This document shows, piece after piece, positions 1-7,758 of a stretch of 64,000 nucleotides of DNA. The stretch spans positions 344 through 64,343 of the forward strand of contig JACPHC010000003.1 in assembly GCA_016188775.1 (NCBI GenBank), written 5' to 3'. This DNA is from Parcubacteria group bacterium. GTDB taxonomy: Bacteria > Patescibacteriota > Minisyncoccia > JACPHC01. Under the pieces are notes generated by a model that saw only the letters and a list, made by a program, of their open reading frames with translations, did no database searches and had not been told where the DNA came from. The number at the start of each line of letters is the position of its first letter. Positions within the stretch are counted from its first letter, which is position 1. A program made the position numbers and the translations under genes.

Positions 1-252
1 TATTTGAATCCGGCCAAAGATGATTTTGACTGGGCCGGAACCGTTATTGTCAATAATCAGCCACAAGTTTTAAGAATCCACACCCATAGTTTGAGCGGGG
101 TGGCGGCTCAATTCTCAATAACGCGCGACCAAAGATATAATAACGTCGCCATGCAAATAAATCTCGACGGCCAAAATTTGATAAATTATTCCGCTATTGG
201 CGCGACCACTCAAGGCTCGGCCCCGGGAGTCATCGCTCCGGAACCGCAATAA
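1..252 (+). CDS. hypothetical protein, C-terminal fragment; the ORF probably enters from upstream of the window
   Basis: Open frame from position 1 with no upstream stop; ends at TAA 250-252. No recognisable motif. Confidence 0.3.
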   Translation, partial: YLNPAKDDFDWAGTVIVNNQPQVLRIHTHSLSGVAAQFSITRDQRYNNVAMQINLDGQNLINYSAIGATTQGSAPGVIAPEPQ

Positions 253-261
253 TCCGTTGAC

Positions 262-301
262 TTCCAATATACCAATATATTAATATACTGATATATTGGA
301 A
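262..301. promoter_or_regulatory. Palindromic operator-like site (TTCCAATATAC ... GTATATTGGAA arms) upstream of the TrpR-like gene
   Basis: Inverted repeat read directly. The same arms recur at 748-779. Confidence 0.5.
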
Positions 302-308
302 AAATAAA

Positions 309-740
309 ATGTCTCGCGTATCGCAAAATCTTTTAAGTCCCAACTACCTCGAAGAAATCCAGTCATCTTTTGACTGGGCGATTTCTAAACTTTCCAAAGA
401 AGAAGAAATTAAAAATTTTTTTGATGAATTTCTTACTCGCAGTGAACGGATAATGCTGGCTAAACGCTTAATTCTGATTTTTTTAATTTCCAAAGAGTTT
501 GACGCAATATCCATCTATTCTATTTTAAAAGTTAGTCCCACCACTGTTGTTTATTTTAAGGAAAAATTTCAAAAACGACCTGAAAATTTTCAGCCAGTTC
601 TAGATCAGCTGGCCAGACGAGAATCTCTTAAAAATTTATTCAAAAAAATTGAAAAATTTATTGAACCGGTAGCCGCTTTTATGCCTCCAGCAACGAAGTC
701 CGAAGTTTTAAAAAAATTACGCAGAATTTCTCGCAGTTAA
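309..740 (+). CDS. TrpR-like YerC/YecD family DNA-binding protein
   Basis: The segment FFDEFLTRSERIMLAKRLILIFLISKEFDAISIYSILKVSPTTV matches the YerC/TrpR-type helix-turn-helix pattern. The gene is bracketed by two palindromes sharing half-sites. Confidence 0.6.
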   Translation: MSRVSQNLLSPNYLEEIQSSFDWAISKLSKEEEIKNFFDEFLTRSERIMLAKRLILIFLISKEFDAISIYSILKVSPTTVVYFKEKFQKRPENFQPVLDQLARRESLKNLFKKIEKFIEPVAAFMPPATKSEVLKKLRRISRS

Positions 741-747
741 ATTTTTA

Positions 748-779
748 TTCCAATATACTGGTATATCAGTATATTGGAA
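748..779. promoter_or_regulatory. Perfect palindrome TTCCAATATACTG-GTATAT-CAGTATATTGGAA immediately upstream of the first pseudopilin gene
   Basis: 13-bp inverted arms with a 6-nt spacer. Same half-site as 262-301. Confidence 0.55.
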
Positions 780-788
780 TAATTAAAA

Positions 789-1277
789 ATGAATAAGGAT
801 CAAAATAGCGAACTAAAAAACGGTTTCGGTCTCGTAGAAATTATTGTGGCTGTCGGTCTTTTAGCCGGCGCGATTTTTGCCATTACCGAATTGACGTTTT
901 TTTTAAATCGAACCGCTAAAGAAAGGACGGTCTCGGAACGAGCCGTTTTTTTAACCAAAGAGGGTCTGGAATTGACTCGGACAATTCGAGACCGAGGCTG
1001 GACTAATTACATCGCTAATCAAACAATCGGAATTGATTTGCATCCGGTATTAGGAGGAACGCCGGCCGGCTGGAGTTTTGCCTCGGGAACGGAAACGATT
1101 GATAATATTTTTGTCAGAAAAATAGTTTTATCCAACGTCAATCGGGACAGTCAAGATAATATTGTTTTAACCGGCGGCGTTTTAGACCCGGGAACAAAAA
1201 AAGTCATCGCCACTGTTTCTTGGGGCGTTAAAAAAATAGAATTCACTGCCTATATAACGAATTTTTTGAATAATTGA
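789..1277 (+). CDS. Type IV pilin-like protein (pseudopilin) with prepilin N-terminal motif
   Basis: N-terminus NGFGLVEIIVAVGLLAG (G-F-x-L-x-E followed by a hydrophobic helix). Confidence 0.7.
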   Translation: MNKDQNSELKNGFGLVEIIVAVGLLAGAIFAITELTFFLNRTAKERTVSERAVFLTKEGLELTRTIRDRGWTNYIANQTIGIDLHPVLGGTPAGWSFASGTETIDNIFVRKIVLSNVNRDSQDNIVLTGGVLDPGTKKVIATVSWGVKKIEFTAYITNFLNN

Positions 1278-1281
1278 TAAT

Positions 1282-1302
1282 TTACGAGGCTTAGCCTCGT
1301 AA
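1282..1302. repeat. REP-like palindrome TTACGAGGCTTAGCCTCGTAA (copy 1)
   Basis: Palindrome with 9-10 bp arms; six near-identical copies in the window. Confidence 0.8.
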
Positions 1303-1309
1303 GACTAAA

Positions 1310-1864
1310 ATGATTAATAAAAATAAAAACGGATTTACCTTAATCGAAACGATTGTTTATTTCGGCATTTTCATCATTGCCGCTTCAATAATGGTGATTC
1401 TAACCGTCAATTTAACCCGAAATTACACCAGAATAAGAATCAAATCGCAGGTTTTGGTTGAGGCGGAAAAAGTTTTAAATGTTATGCTCAATGAAATCGC
1501 CACAGCCAAAGGAATTTACGCGCCGACTTCCTGCTTTGGAACATCTGACGCGAAAACAATTTGTCAGACAGGAAAAAGACAATTAAGTTTTGAGACAACT
1601 CTTAATCCGCCGACCGGCGAAAACTCCGCTTATGTTGATTTTTATCTGGATAATCAAAAAATTTATGTTAAAAGGGAATCTCAAACGGCTCAAACTCTCA
1701 CTTCGGATCGAATTCAAATCTCCAATCTGACATTTGACTACTATAATCCTTCGACTAATTCCGCCTCGATTAAAATCCGTTTAACCGCCGGCTTTAACGC
1801 TTCGGATCCGCAAAAAATTTTCCAAGTCAATCTCGATTCTTCAGCGGCCATTAGGGCATATTAG
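1310..1864 (+). CDS. Type IV pilin-like protein (pseudopilin)
   Basis: N-terminus KNGFTLIETIVYFGIFIIAAS, a prepilin cleavage/methylation motif. Confidence 0.7.
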   Translation: MINKNKNGFTLIETIVYFGIFIIAASIMVILTVNLTRNYTRIRIKSQVLVEAEKVLNVMLNEIATAKGIYAPTSCFGTSDAKTICQTGKRQLSFETTLNPPTGENSAYVDFYLDNQKIYVKRESQTAQTLTSDRIQISNLTFDYYNPSTNSASIKIRLTAGFNASDPQKIFQVNLDSSAAIRAY

Positions 1865-1865
1865 T

Positions 1866-1888
1866 CTTATGAGGCTAAGCCTCGTAAG
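1866..1888. repeat. REP-like palindrome (copy 2, TTATGAGGCTAAGCCTCGTAA)
   Basis: Same palindrome family, 2 nt after the pseudopilin stop. Confidence 0.8.
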
Positions 1889-1894
1889 ACTATA

Positions 1895-2010
1895 AGATTG
1901 CTTCGCTTTCAGCTCGCAATGACAACCAGTTCAGCTCGCAATAATATAAAAATATTTAACTGTCATTGCGAGGCGATGGAATCGCCGAAGCAATCTCTCT
2001 TAATATATTC
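1895..2010. mobile_element. Rearranged fragments of MITE-like element B (GTCATTGCGAG terminal inverted repeats): two left-end copies and one right end
   Basis: GCTCGCAATGACA occurs twice, followed by TGTCATTGCGAGGCGATGGAATCGCCGAAGCAATC. These match the reverse complement of element ends at 62517-62611 and 63060-63199. Confidence 0.6.
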
Positions 2011-2031
2011 AACAATCTTACAAGCAAAACA

Positions 2032-4932
2032 ATGTTCAATAAACACAAAAACGCCGGTTTCGCGACCTTGCTGACAATAGTAATTATTTTAGGCCTTAGC
2101 CTGATTATCGTCAGCGGTTTTTCCGTTGCCAGTCTGTCTAATATCCGTGAATCCAAACGCGCTATTAACTCTTCTAAAACTCAATACGTCGCCGAGGCTG
2201 GGATCGAAGACAGTCTTTATCGGATTATAGCCGGGAAACAATACACGGCGACTAATAATTTAGCGGTTGGCGAAGGAACCGCCATCACTAACATTACCGA
2301 TGTTTCCGGCAATAAAATTATCACTTCTCTGGGCAACCGAGAAAATATTTTTAGAAAACTGGAAACAAAATTATCCGTTTCCACTCAAAGCGTTCAATTT
2401 TTCTACGGCGCTCAAATCGGCGAAGGGGGCGCCACTCTTAATAATGGCGCCGAAATCAATGGCAATGTCTATTCCAACGGCAATATTGTAATGACTGCCA
2501 ACGCTAAAATTAGCGGCGGCGCTATTGTGGCCGGCGGCATCGCCCCAACGCCCGATCAGCAATGGACCATTGGAAATTCCGATTTTCCTTTTGGACTGAC
2601 CACTGGCACAACCGCCATCACCGTTGATGAGCCGGGCGATATCGGCGACTATAACGCATTAACTTTGGGTTCTGACGGACTAGCCCGGATCAGCTATTAC
2701 GACGCGTCCAATAATGATCTTAAATACGTCCGTTGTACTTCAGCCGACTGTGTTTCAAAAAATATTACTACAATTGATTCTAGCGGCGATGTCGGATTTC
2801 GTTATACTTCCATTGCCATTGCCCTGGATGGATTGGCCCGAATCAGTTATTACAATAATACTAACGGCGACCTAAAATACGTTCAATGCGCCAATGACGA
2901 CTGCACGACAAAAAATATCGCCACTATTGATTCCAGTGGCGATGTCGGCCAATTCAACTCTCTGGCTTTAGGCACTGACGGATTGGCCCGAATCAGCTAT
3001 TACGCCGTCTCGGGCGGCAATCTTAAATTCCTTCACTGTTTGAACGATAACTGTTCATTGCGAAACACTTACACTGTTGACTCAATTGGCGATGTGGGCA
3101 AATACACTTCAATAGTCTTGGATCAAAACAACATCGCGATGATCAGTTATCTTGACGAAACCAATGATGATTTAAAATTTACCCAATGTTTAAATGTTGA
3201 TTGCTCCGCGGTCAATAATTACATCGTTGACTCAACCGGCGATGTCGGCCAATTCAAAACTTCCATCGCTCTTGGGTCTGACGAACTGGCCCGAATCAGT
3301 TATTATGACGACACGGGTAAGGATCTTAAATACGCTCAATGTTTAAACATCAGTTGCACGCTTAAAAATATAACTATTGTGGACTCGGCAGATCAAGTTG
3401 GAAAATACAGCTCGCTTCGACTTAATCCGGCTGACGGATTGGCCCGAATTTCTTATTATGACGCGACCAACGGCGCTGCTAAATTCGCCCGATGCTTAAA
3501 CGATTCTTGCTCCCAAAAAAATATTTCCACTCCGGATACCACCGGCAATGTCGGGCTTTACACTTCTTTGGCGATGGCTCAAGACGGCTTTGGCCAAATC
3601 AGTTATCGCGATGACACGAATCAGGATTTAAAATTTCTCAAATGCGCTGATCCGGATTGTAATCCGGGACAAACCACCGGCGACGCGGCTCAAAGTTTTA
3701 TTCCGTCAGCCACTAATCTTTTGCGTAAAATCAGCCTCAATATCAAAAAAATCGGCAGTCCGGGTGATGCCACCGTCAGGATAATGGCCAATAAATCTCC
3801 ACAAAATGTTCCGGATAAAGATAATACATTAACCACTGGCACGCTTTATTCTTCGATGGTCACTGGCAGTTATGGCTGGGTGGACGCGGCTTTTGTCACT
3901 AATCCGACTTTAAATATCGGACAAACTTATTGGATTGTTATTGACGCGGTTAATGATTCCAATAATTATTGGGTTTGGGCTAAAGATAATACCGACGCTT
4001 ATGTTTCCGGCACTGGTAAATTCGCTTTAAATTGGGATATTTCGCCCAATAACTGGTCAAGCGCGGGCGGCGATCTTGATTTTAAAACTTGGATGGCCGG
4101 AACTGTGACGAAAATAGATGGTGGCGTTGTTTCCGACGCGGCTCAAGCCAATACTTTAATCAACACCAAAATCTGCGGGGACGCTTATTTTCAAGCCATT
4201 GACGCTTTTTCGCTCAATTTCGTCAATAATCCGACCAATCCCGATTGCGCTAATCCTTTAACTCCGGGCATGTCTTTTCCCGGTTCCTCCGACCCTTCTC
4301 CGCTGGCTATGCCTATTTCCGACGGCCAAATTGACGCGTGGAAAACCGACGCCCAAGCCGGCGGCGTTATTGCCGGAGATTACAACGTGACTTCTGATGT
4401 CAGTCTTGGTCCGAAAAAAATCACCGGCAATCTTAATATGACCAGTAACAATAGAACTCTGACCGTCACCGGAACAATTTATATCGCGGGCAATATAGAT
4501 ATTGCCAACAATTCAAGAATCCGCTGCGACGCTTCTTACGGGATAAATTCATGCGTTGTTGTGGCGGACGGTTGGATTCATATTTCCAATAACGGACAAT
4601 TCGCCGGATCGGGTCAGGCCGGCAGTTATATTATGCTGCTGACGACCGCTCCCTGCAAAGGAACCGGTTTTTCCAATCCGCCAACGCCTTGCGCCTCCGC
4701 CCACCATGAAGCCAGCGTTGACCTTCATAACAGCGCCACCGGAATAATTTTTTACGCCAAAAACGGACTGATTAATCTTCATAACACAGTTAATGTCACG
4801 GAATTGTCGTCTTTTAAACTGGCGCTGGATAACAACGCCGTGATAAATTACGAACAAGGACTGCAAAACGCTCAGTTCACTTCCGGCCCAAGCGCGGGCT
4901 ATAAAATCGAATACTGGAAAGAAGTGCCTTAA
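2032..4932 (+). CDS. Large pilus-associated protein: pilin-like N-terminal helix, eight tandem ~44-aa Cys-containing repeats (propeller-like) and a C-terminal beta-helix-like region; putative tip adhesin
   Basis: MFNKHKNAGFATLLTIVIILGL is a pilin-like N-terminus. The repeat unit is GDVGxYTS(I/L)AL..DGLARISYYDxTNxDLKYxxCxNxxC..KNI..IDS, eight copies. The ORF-track start at 1966 (TTG) lies inside a MITE fragment, so the ATG at 2032 is preferred. Confidence 0.6.
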   Translation: MFNKHKNAGFATLLTIVIILGLSLIIVSGFSVASLSNIRESKRAINSSKTQYVAEAGIEDSLYRIIAGKQYTATNNLAVGEGTAITNITDVSGNKIITSLGNRENIFRKLETKLSVSTQSVQFFYGAQIGEGGATLNNGAEINGNVYSNGNIVMTANAKISGGAIVAGGIAPTPDQQWTIGNSDFPFGLTTGTTAITVDEPGDIGDYNALTLGSDGLARISYYDASNNDLKYVRCTSADCVSKNITTIDSSGDVGFRYTSIAIALDGLARISYYNNTNGDLKYVQCANDDCTTKNIATIDSSGDVGQFNSLALGTDGLARISYYAVSGGNLKFLHCLNDNCSLRNTYTVDSIGDVGKYTSIVLDQNNIAMISYLDETNDDLKFTQCLNVDCSAVNNYIVDSTGDVGQFKTSIALGSDELARISYYDDTGKDLKYAQCLNISCTLKNITIVDSADQVGKYSSLRLNPADGLARISYYDATNGAAKFARCLNDSCSQKNISTPDTTGNVGLYTSLAMAQDGFGQISYRDDTNQDLKFLKCADPDCNPGQTTGDAAQSFIPSATNLLRKISLNIKKIGSPGDATVRIMANKSPQNVPDKDNTLTTGTLYSSMVTGSYGWVDAAFVTNPTLNIGQTYWIVIDAVNDSNNYWVWAKDNTDAYVSGTGKFALNWDISPNNWSSAGGDLDFKTWMAGTVTKIDGGVVSDAAQANTLINTKICGDAYFQAIDAFSLNFVNNPTNPDCANPLTPGMSFPGSSDPSPLAMPISDGQIDAWKTDAQAGGVIAGDYNVTSDVSLGPKKITGNLNMTSNNRTLTVTGTIYIAGNIDIANNSRIRCDASYGINSCVVVADGWIHISNNGQFAGSGQAGSYIMLLTTAPCKGTGFSNPPTPCASAHHEASVDLHNSATGIIFYAKNGLINLHNTVNVTELSSFKLALDNNAVINYEQGLQNAQFTSGPSAGYKIEYWKEVP
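2631..3670 (+). repeat. Eight tandem 132-nt coding repeats inside the large pilus-associated gene
   Basis: Recurring GACGGATTGGCCCGAATCAG(C/T)TATTAC at 132-nt spacing (around 2679, 2830, 2983, 3284, 3436). Confidence 0.75.
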
Positions 4933-4950
4933 ACTTTACGAGGCTTAAAC

Positions 4951-4973
4951 TTTACGAGGCTAAGCCTCGTAAA
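4951..4973. repeat. REP-like palindrome (copy 3; a half copy also at 4934-4946) overlapping the RAYT stop codon
   Basis: TTTACGAGGCTAAGCCTCGTAAA; encodes the last residues ...LRGLAS* of the RAYT on the minus strand. Confidence 0.8.
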
Positions 4974-5596
4974 TTTATTAAAGTGCTTTTTTTATACTGA
5001 ATCGGCCCGCCAAAAAATTTCATTAAAAATTTCCGTTGCGTGACTGAAGGGAAATTTTTTTTCCCAATATAATCACGAAAACTGCTCCATCGATAATTTT
5101 CCAAAAATTTCATCGCTTCTTTATAATTTTTAATTTCTTTATTTTTCCACTCTGGAGATTTCAAATCTAAAGGATTTAAATGGATATAATCAGGAATATG
5201 AAGAAATTGAGCGTCCTTTTCAACTAAAACTGCCTTAAAAGTTCCTTGAAATAAAGAACCGGTTCGTTCGTATTTTTGATTAAAATACATTGTATAACCT
5301 CCTCCTAATTTATGCATAAAATTTGCAATTCCGTTGTCCTGTCGCTGTCTTAAAAGTAAATGAAAATGATTTGGCATTAATGTAAAAACTAAAATTTCGA
5401 CTAATAATTTTCTTTTTTCAATTTTACGAGGCTTAGCCTCGTAATAAGAATTAAGCGCGGGCTTTTCGTCGTTAAATTCAAACAAGTCATGAATAAATCG
5501 AAAATAATCTTTATCATCTAAAAAAATATCGCGCTTTTCCACGCCACGATTATAAATATGATAAATTTTTCCTTCCGTGAATTTTATTTTTCTCAT
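4952..5596 (-). CDS. REP-associated tyrosine transposase (RAYT; IS200/IS605-like Y1 transposase)
   Basis: IYHIYNRGVEKRDIF ... LMPNHFHLLL (HuH motif) ... YTMYFNQKY (catalytic Tyr region). Flanked by REP palindromes. Confidence 0.75.
   Translation of the reverse strand: MRKIKFTEGKIYHIYNRGVEKRDIFLDDKDYFRFIHDLFEFNDEKPALNSYYEAKPRKIEKRKLLVEILVFTLMPNHFHLLLRQRQDNGIANFMHKLGGGYTMYFNQKYERTGSLFQGTFKAVLVEKDAQFLHIPDYIHLNPLDLKSPEWKNKEIKNYKEAMKFLENYRWSSFRDYIGKKNFPSVTQRKFLMKFFGGPIQYKKSTLINLRGLAS
5424..5444. repeat. REP-like palindrome (copy 4) located inside the RAYT CDS, in frame (encodes YYEAKPRK)
   Basis: TTACGAGGCTTAGCCTCGTAA within 4952..5596. Confidence 0.75.
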
Positions 5597-5605
5597 AAAA
5601 TAATT

Positions 5606-5626
5606 TTATGAGGCTTAGCCTCGTAA
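5606..5626. repeat. REP-like palindrome (copy 5), 10 nt upstream of the RAYT start
   Basis: TTATGAGGCTTAGCCTCGTAA. Confidence 0.8.
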
Positions 5627-5670
5627 AGTCAAGTTTTACATCTAAATAATTTATATGATAAAATATAACT

Positions 5671-6753
5671 ATGTCATTTTTTTCTTTCAAAGAAACCGCT
5701 ATCGGCCTTGATATTTCCGATTATTCGATTAAAGCCGTTTATTTAAAAAATACGCGCCAAGGTAAAATTATTAAAAATCTTTTTGAACTAGCCATACCGC
5801 CGGGCTTAATTAATCAAGGAGAAATTCAAAATCAGGATAAACTTTTTGAAATTTTTAAAGAATTTTTAAAAAAAATTAAGGCCAGCCGAATTAAAACGCC
5901 CTATATCGTCTCTTCTTTGCCGGAAGAAAAATCATTTATCTCGGTTATTCAGCTCCCCAAAATGGAAGAGAAAGAAATAGGATCGGCTCTTGGTTTTGAA
6001 ATTGAGGCTAATGTTCCTTACGCCTTTCAAGAAGTTTATTTTGACTGGAAAAGCCTGCCTTCGGCCAGCCTCGATCATCTGGATATTCTGGTCGCGGCTT
6101 CGCCTAAAAAAATAGTTGATTCTTATTTTTCTCTTCTCAAGCGCCTAAAACTTATATCGGTCGCTTTTGAAATTGAATCGCAAGCCATTGCCAGAGCTTT
6201 AATCAAAAATGAAATCCAAGAAAAACCGATATTGCTTATTGATTTAGGCGCGACCCGCACCAGTTTCATTATTTTTTCCGGCGGCTCTATTCGTTTTACT
6301 TCTTCCATCCCCGTCTCGTCCAAAGATTTAACTTCAGCTATCGCTGACGTCCTAAAAATTCCGGAAAATGAAGCCGAAATTTTAAAAATCAAACACGGGC
6401 TTGATAAAAAAGGGACGGAAGGAATTAAAATATTTGACGCGATTCTGCCGCGCCTAACCGCTCTCATTGAAAAAATTCAAAATCTCATTATTTTTTACCA
6501 AAGCCACGCCAAACACGAACACGGCCGGATTTTGGAATTCGAAAATATTCTTCTTTCCGGCGGAGGCGCCAATCTGGCCGGCCTTTCTCAATATTTAAAA
6601 GAGGAATTAAAACGAAAAATTGGATTAGGCAACCCTTTCGTTAATCTGGCAAAATCGCCAACAAAATTTTTATCTGATCTGGCGCCTGATAAGGCCGTCG
6701 CCTTCACCACCGCCATTGGCCTGGCTTTAAGAAACATTGAAACGGAAATTTAA
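5671..6753 (+). CDS. pilM: Type IV pilus assembly protein PilM (actin-like ATPase)
   Basis: N-terminus AIGLDISDYSIKAVYL, a typical PilM start, plus an actin-fold sugar-kinase-like pattern. Confidence 0.8.
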   Translation: MSFFSFKETAIGLDISDYSIKAVYLKNTRQGKIIKNLFELAIPPGLINQGEIQNQDKLFEIFKEFLKKIKASRIKTPYIVSSLPEEKSFISVIQLPKMEEKEIGSALGFEIEANVPYAFQEVYFDWKSLPSASLDHLDILVAASPKKIVDSYFSLLKRLKLISVAFEIESQAIARALIKNEIQEKPILLIDLGATRTSFIIFSGGSIRFTSSIPVSSKDLTSAIADVLKIPENEAEILKIKHGLDKKGTEGIKIFDAILPRLTALIEKIQNLIIFYQSHAKHEHGRILEFENILLSGGGANLAGLSQYLKEELKRKIGLGNPFVNLAKSPTKFLSDLAPDKAVAFTTAIGLALRNIETEI

Positions 6754-6757
6754 GTAT

Positions 6758-6921
6758 AGACCTTTTACAAAATAATTTTTCCTACTCTAATTCTCAAATT
6801 TCGGCTGTAAATTATTCAGAGCTCCTCAACGTATTTTAATCAAATACGCTTCGTCGCTCTTCATAATTTTCGCTCGAAATTTGCGAATTTCGTTACGAAA
6901 AAATTATTTCGCAAAAAGTCT
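6758..6921 (+). mobile_element. MITE-like element A, copy 1 (terminal inverted repeats AGACCTTTTACAAAATAAT / ATTATTTCGCAAAAAGTCT); the right end abuts the pilN ATG
   Basis: About 165 nt, bounded by ~19-bp imperfect inverted repeats. Homologous to 7460-7612 and to the reverse complement of 36810-37005. Lacks the 34-nt internal hairpin present in the other copies. Confidence 0.7.
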
Positions 6922-7456
6922 TATGCCAATTAATCTTTTGCCTCCGGACCAAAAAGAGGCGTTAAAATGGACGAGAATTTTTCATATCGTCAACTATTAT
7001 AGTTTCGGACTTGGAGCTCTTTTTATTATTTTGGCCGCTGTTTTTTATCTGATAAATTTTTACGGCAATTTTGAATTAAAACTGCTGGAAAAACTACTGG
7101 AAGCGGAAAAAGGCGGATCGAAATGGGCAAAAATCGTTCAACAAGAAAAAGAGATCGAGAAAGGGCGAACTCTTTTGAGCGCCTATGAAAAAAATCAAAA
7201 AGAAATTAAATCAATTCTTCCCTTCCTCGATAAAATTTCAGCGATTACGCCTCAAGGAGTATTTCTGACTTCGCTTTCTCTGGACGTGGGCGGACAGGCG
7301 AGTATTGCTGGCTACTCGCCCGACCGAAGCCGGGTCAAAGACATAGAAAACGCCCTCAAAAACGACCCGACGTTTCAAAATATCAGTTCTCCGGCCTCAA
7401 ACTTTTTAAAACCCATTGATATCAATTTTAAATTTTCTTTTACGATAAAAAAATAG
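6922..7456 (+). CDS. pilN: Type IV pilus assembly protein PilN
   Basis: MPINLLPP (the INLLP hallmark of PilN) followed by a single transmembrane segment. The track start at 6881 (TTG) falls inside the MITE; ATG 6922 is preferred. Confidence 0.7.
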
Positions 7457-7459
7457 CAT

Positions 7460-7612
7460 AGACCTCTTGCAAAATAATCTTTTCTACTCCAATTCTCAAA
7501 TTTCGGGTGTCAACCCTACGGGTGATCTCCCGTAGGGAGACAAATTATTCAGAGCTTCTCAACGTATTTTGATTAAAATACGCTTCGTCGCTCTTCATAA
7601 TTTTCGCAAAAA
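7460..7612 (+). mobile_element. MITE-like element A, copy 2 (right end internally deleted); contains the CCCTACGGG-TGATCT-CCCGTAGGG hairpin
   Basis: Left inverted repeat AGACCTCTTGCAAAATAAT at 7460. The 9-bp stem hairpin sits at 7514-7537. The right end is truncated after ...TTTTCGCAAAAA. Confidence 0.65.
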
Positions 7613-7758
7613 TTTTAATCTCCGGCCTATCCGCTCTATTCGTTGTAATAATTTTATTTTTTCTGGCGATTTTTCCTTTATCCAAAAAAATCAAGGAAAC
7701 GTCAAATAAAATATCCGAAACGAGATATGAAATTTTAAAAATCGCCAAGAAAAAACAA

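Noticed and set aside
1966-2031. TTG start at 1966 for the large pilus-associated gene
   Set aside because: The first 22 codons translate MITE-like element B sequence, so the ATG at 2032 is preferred.
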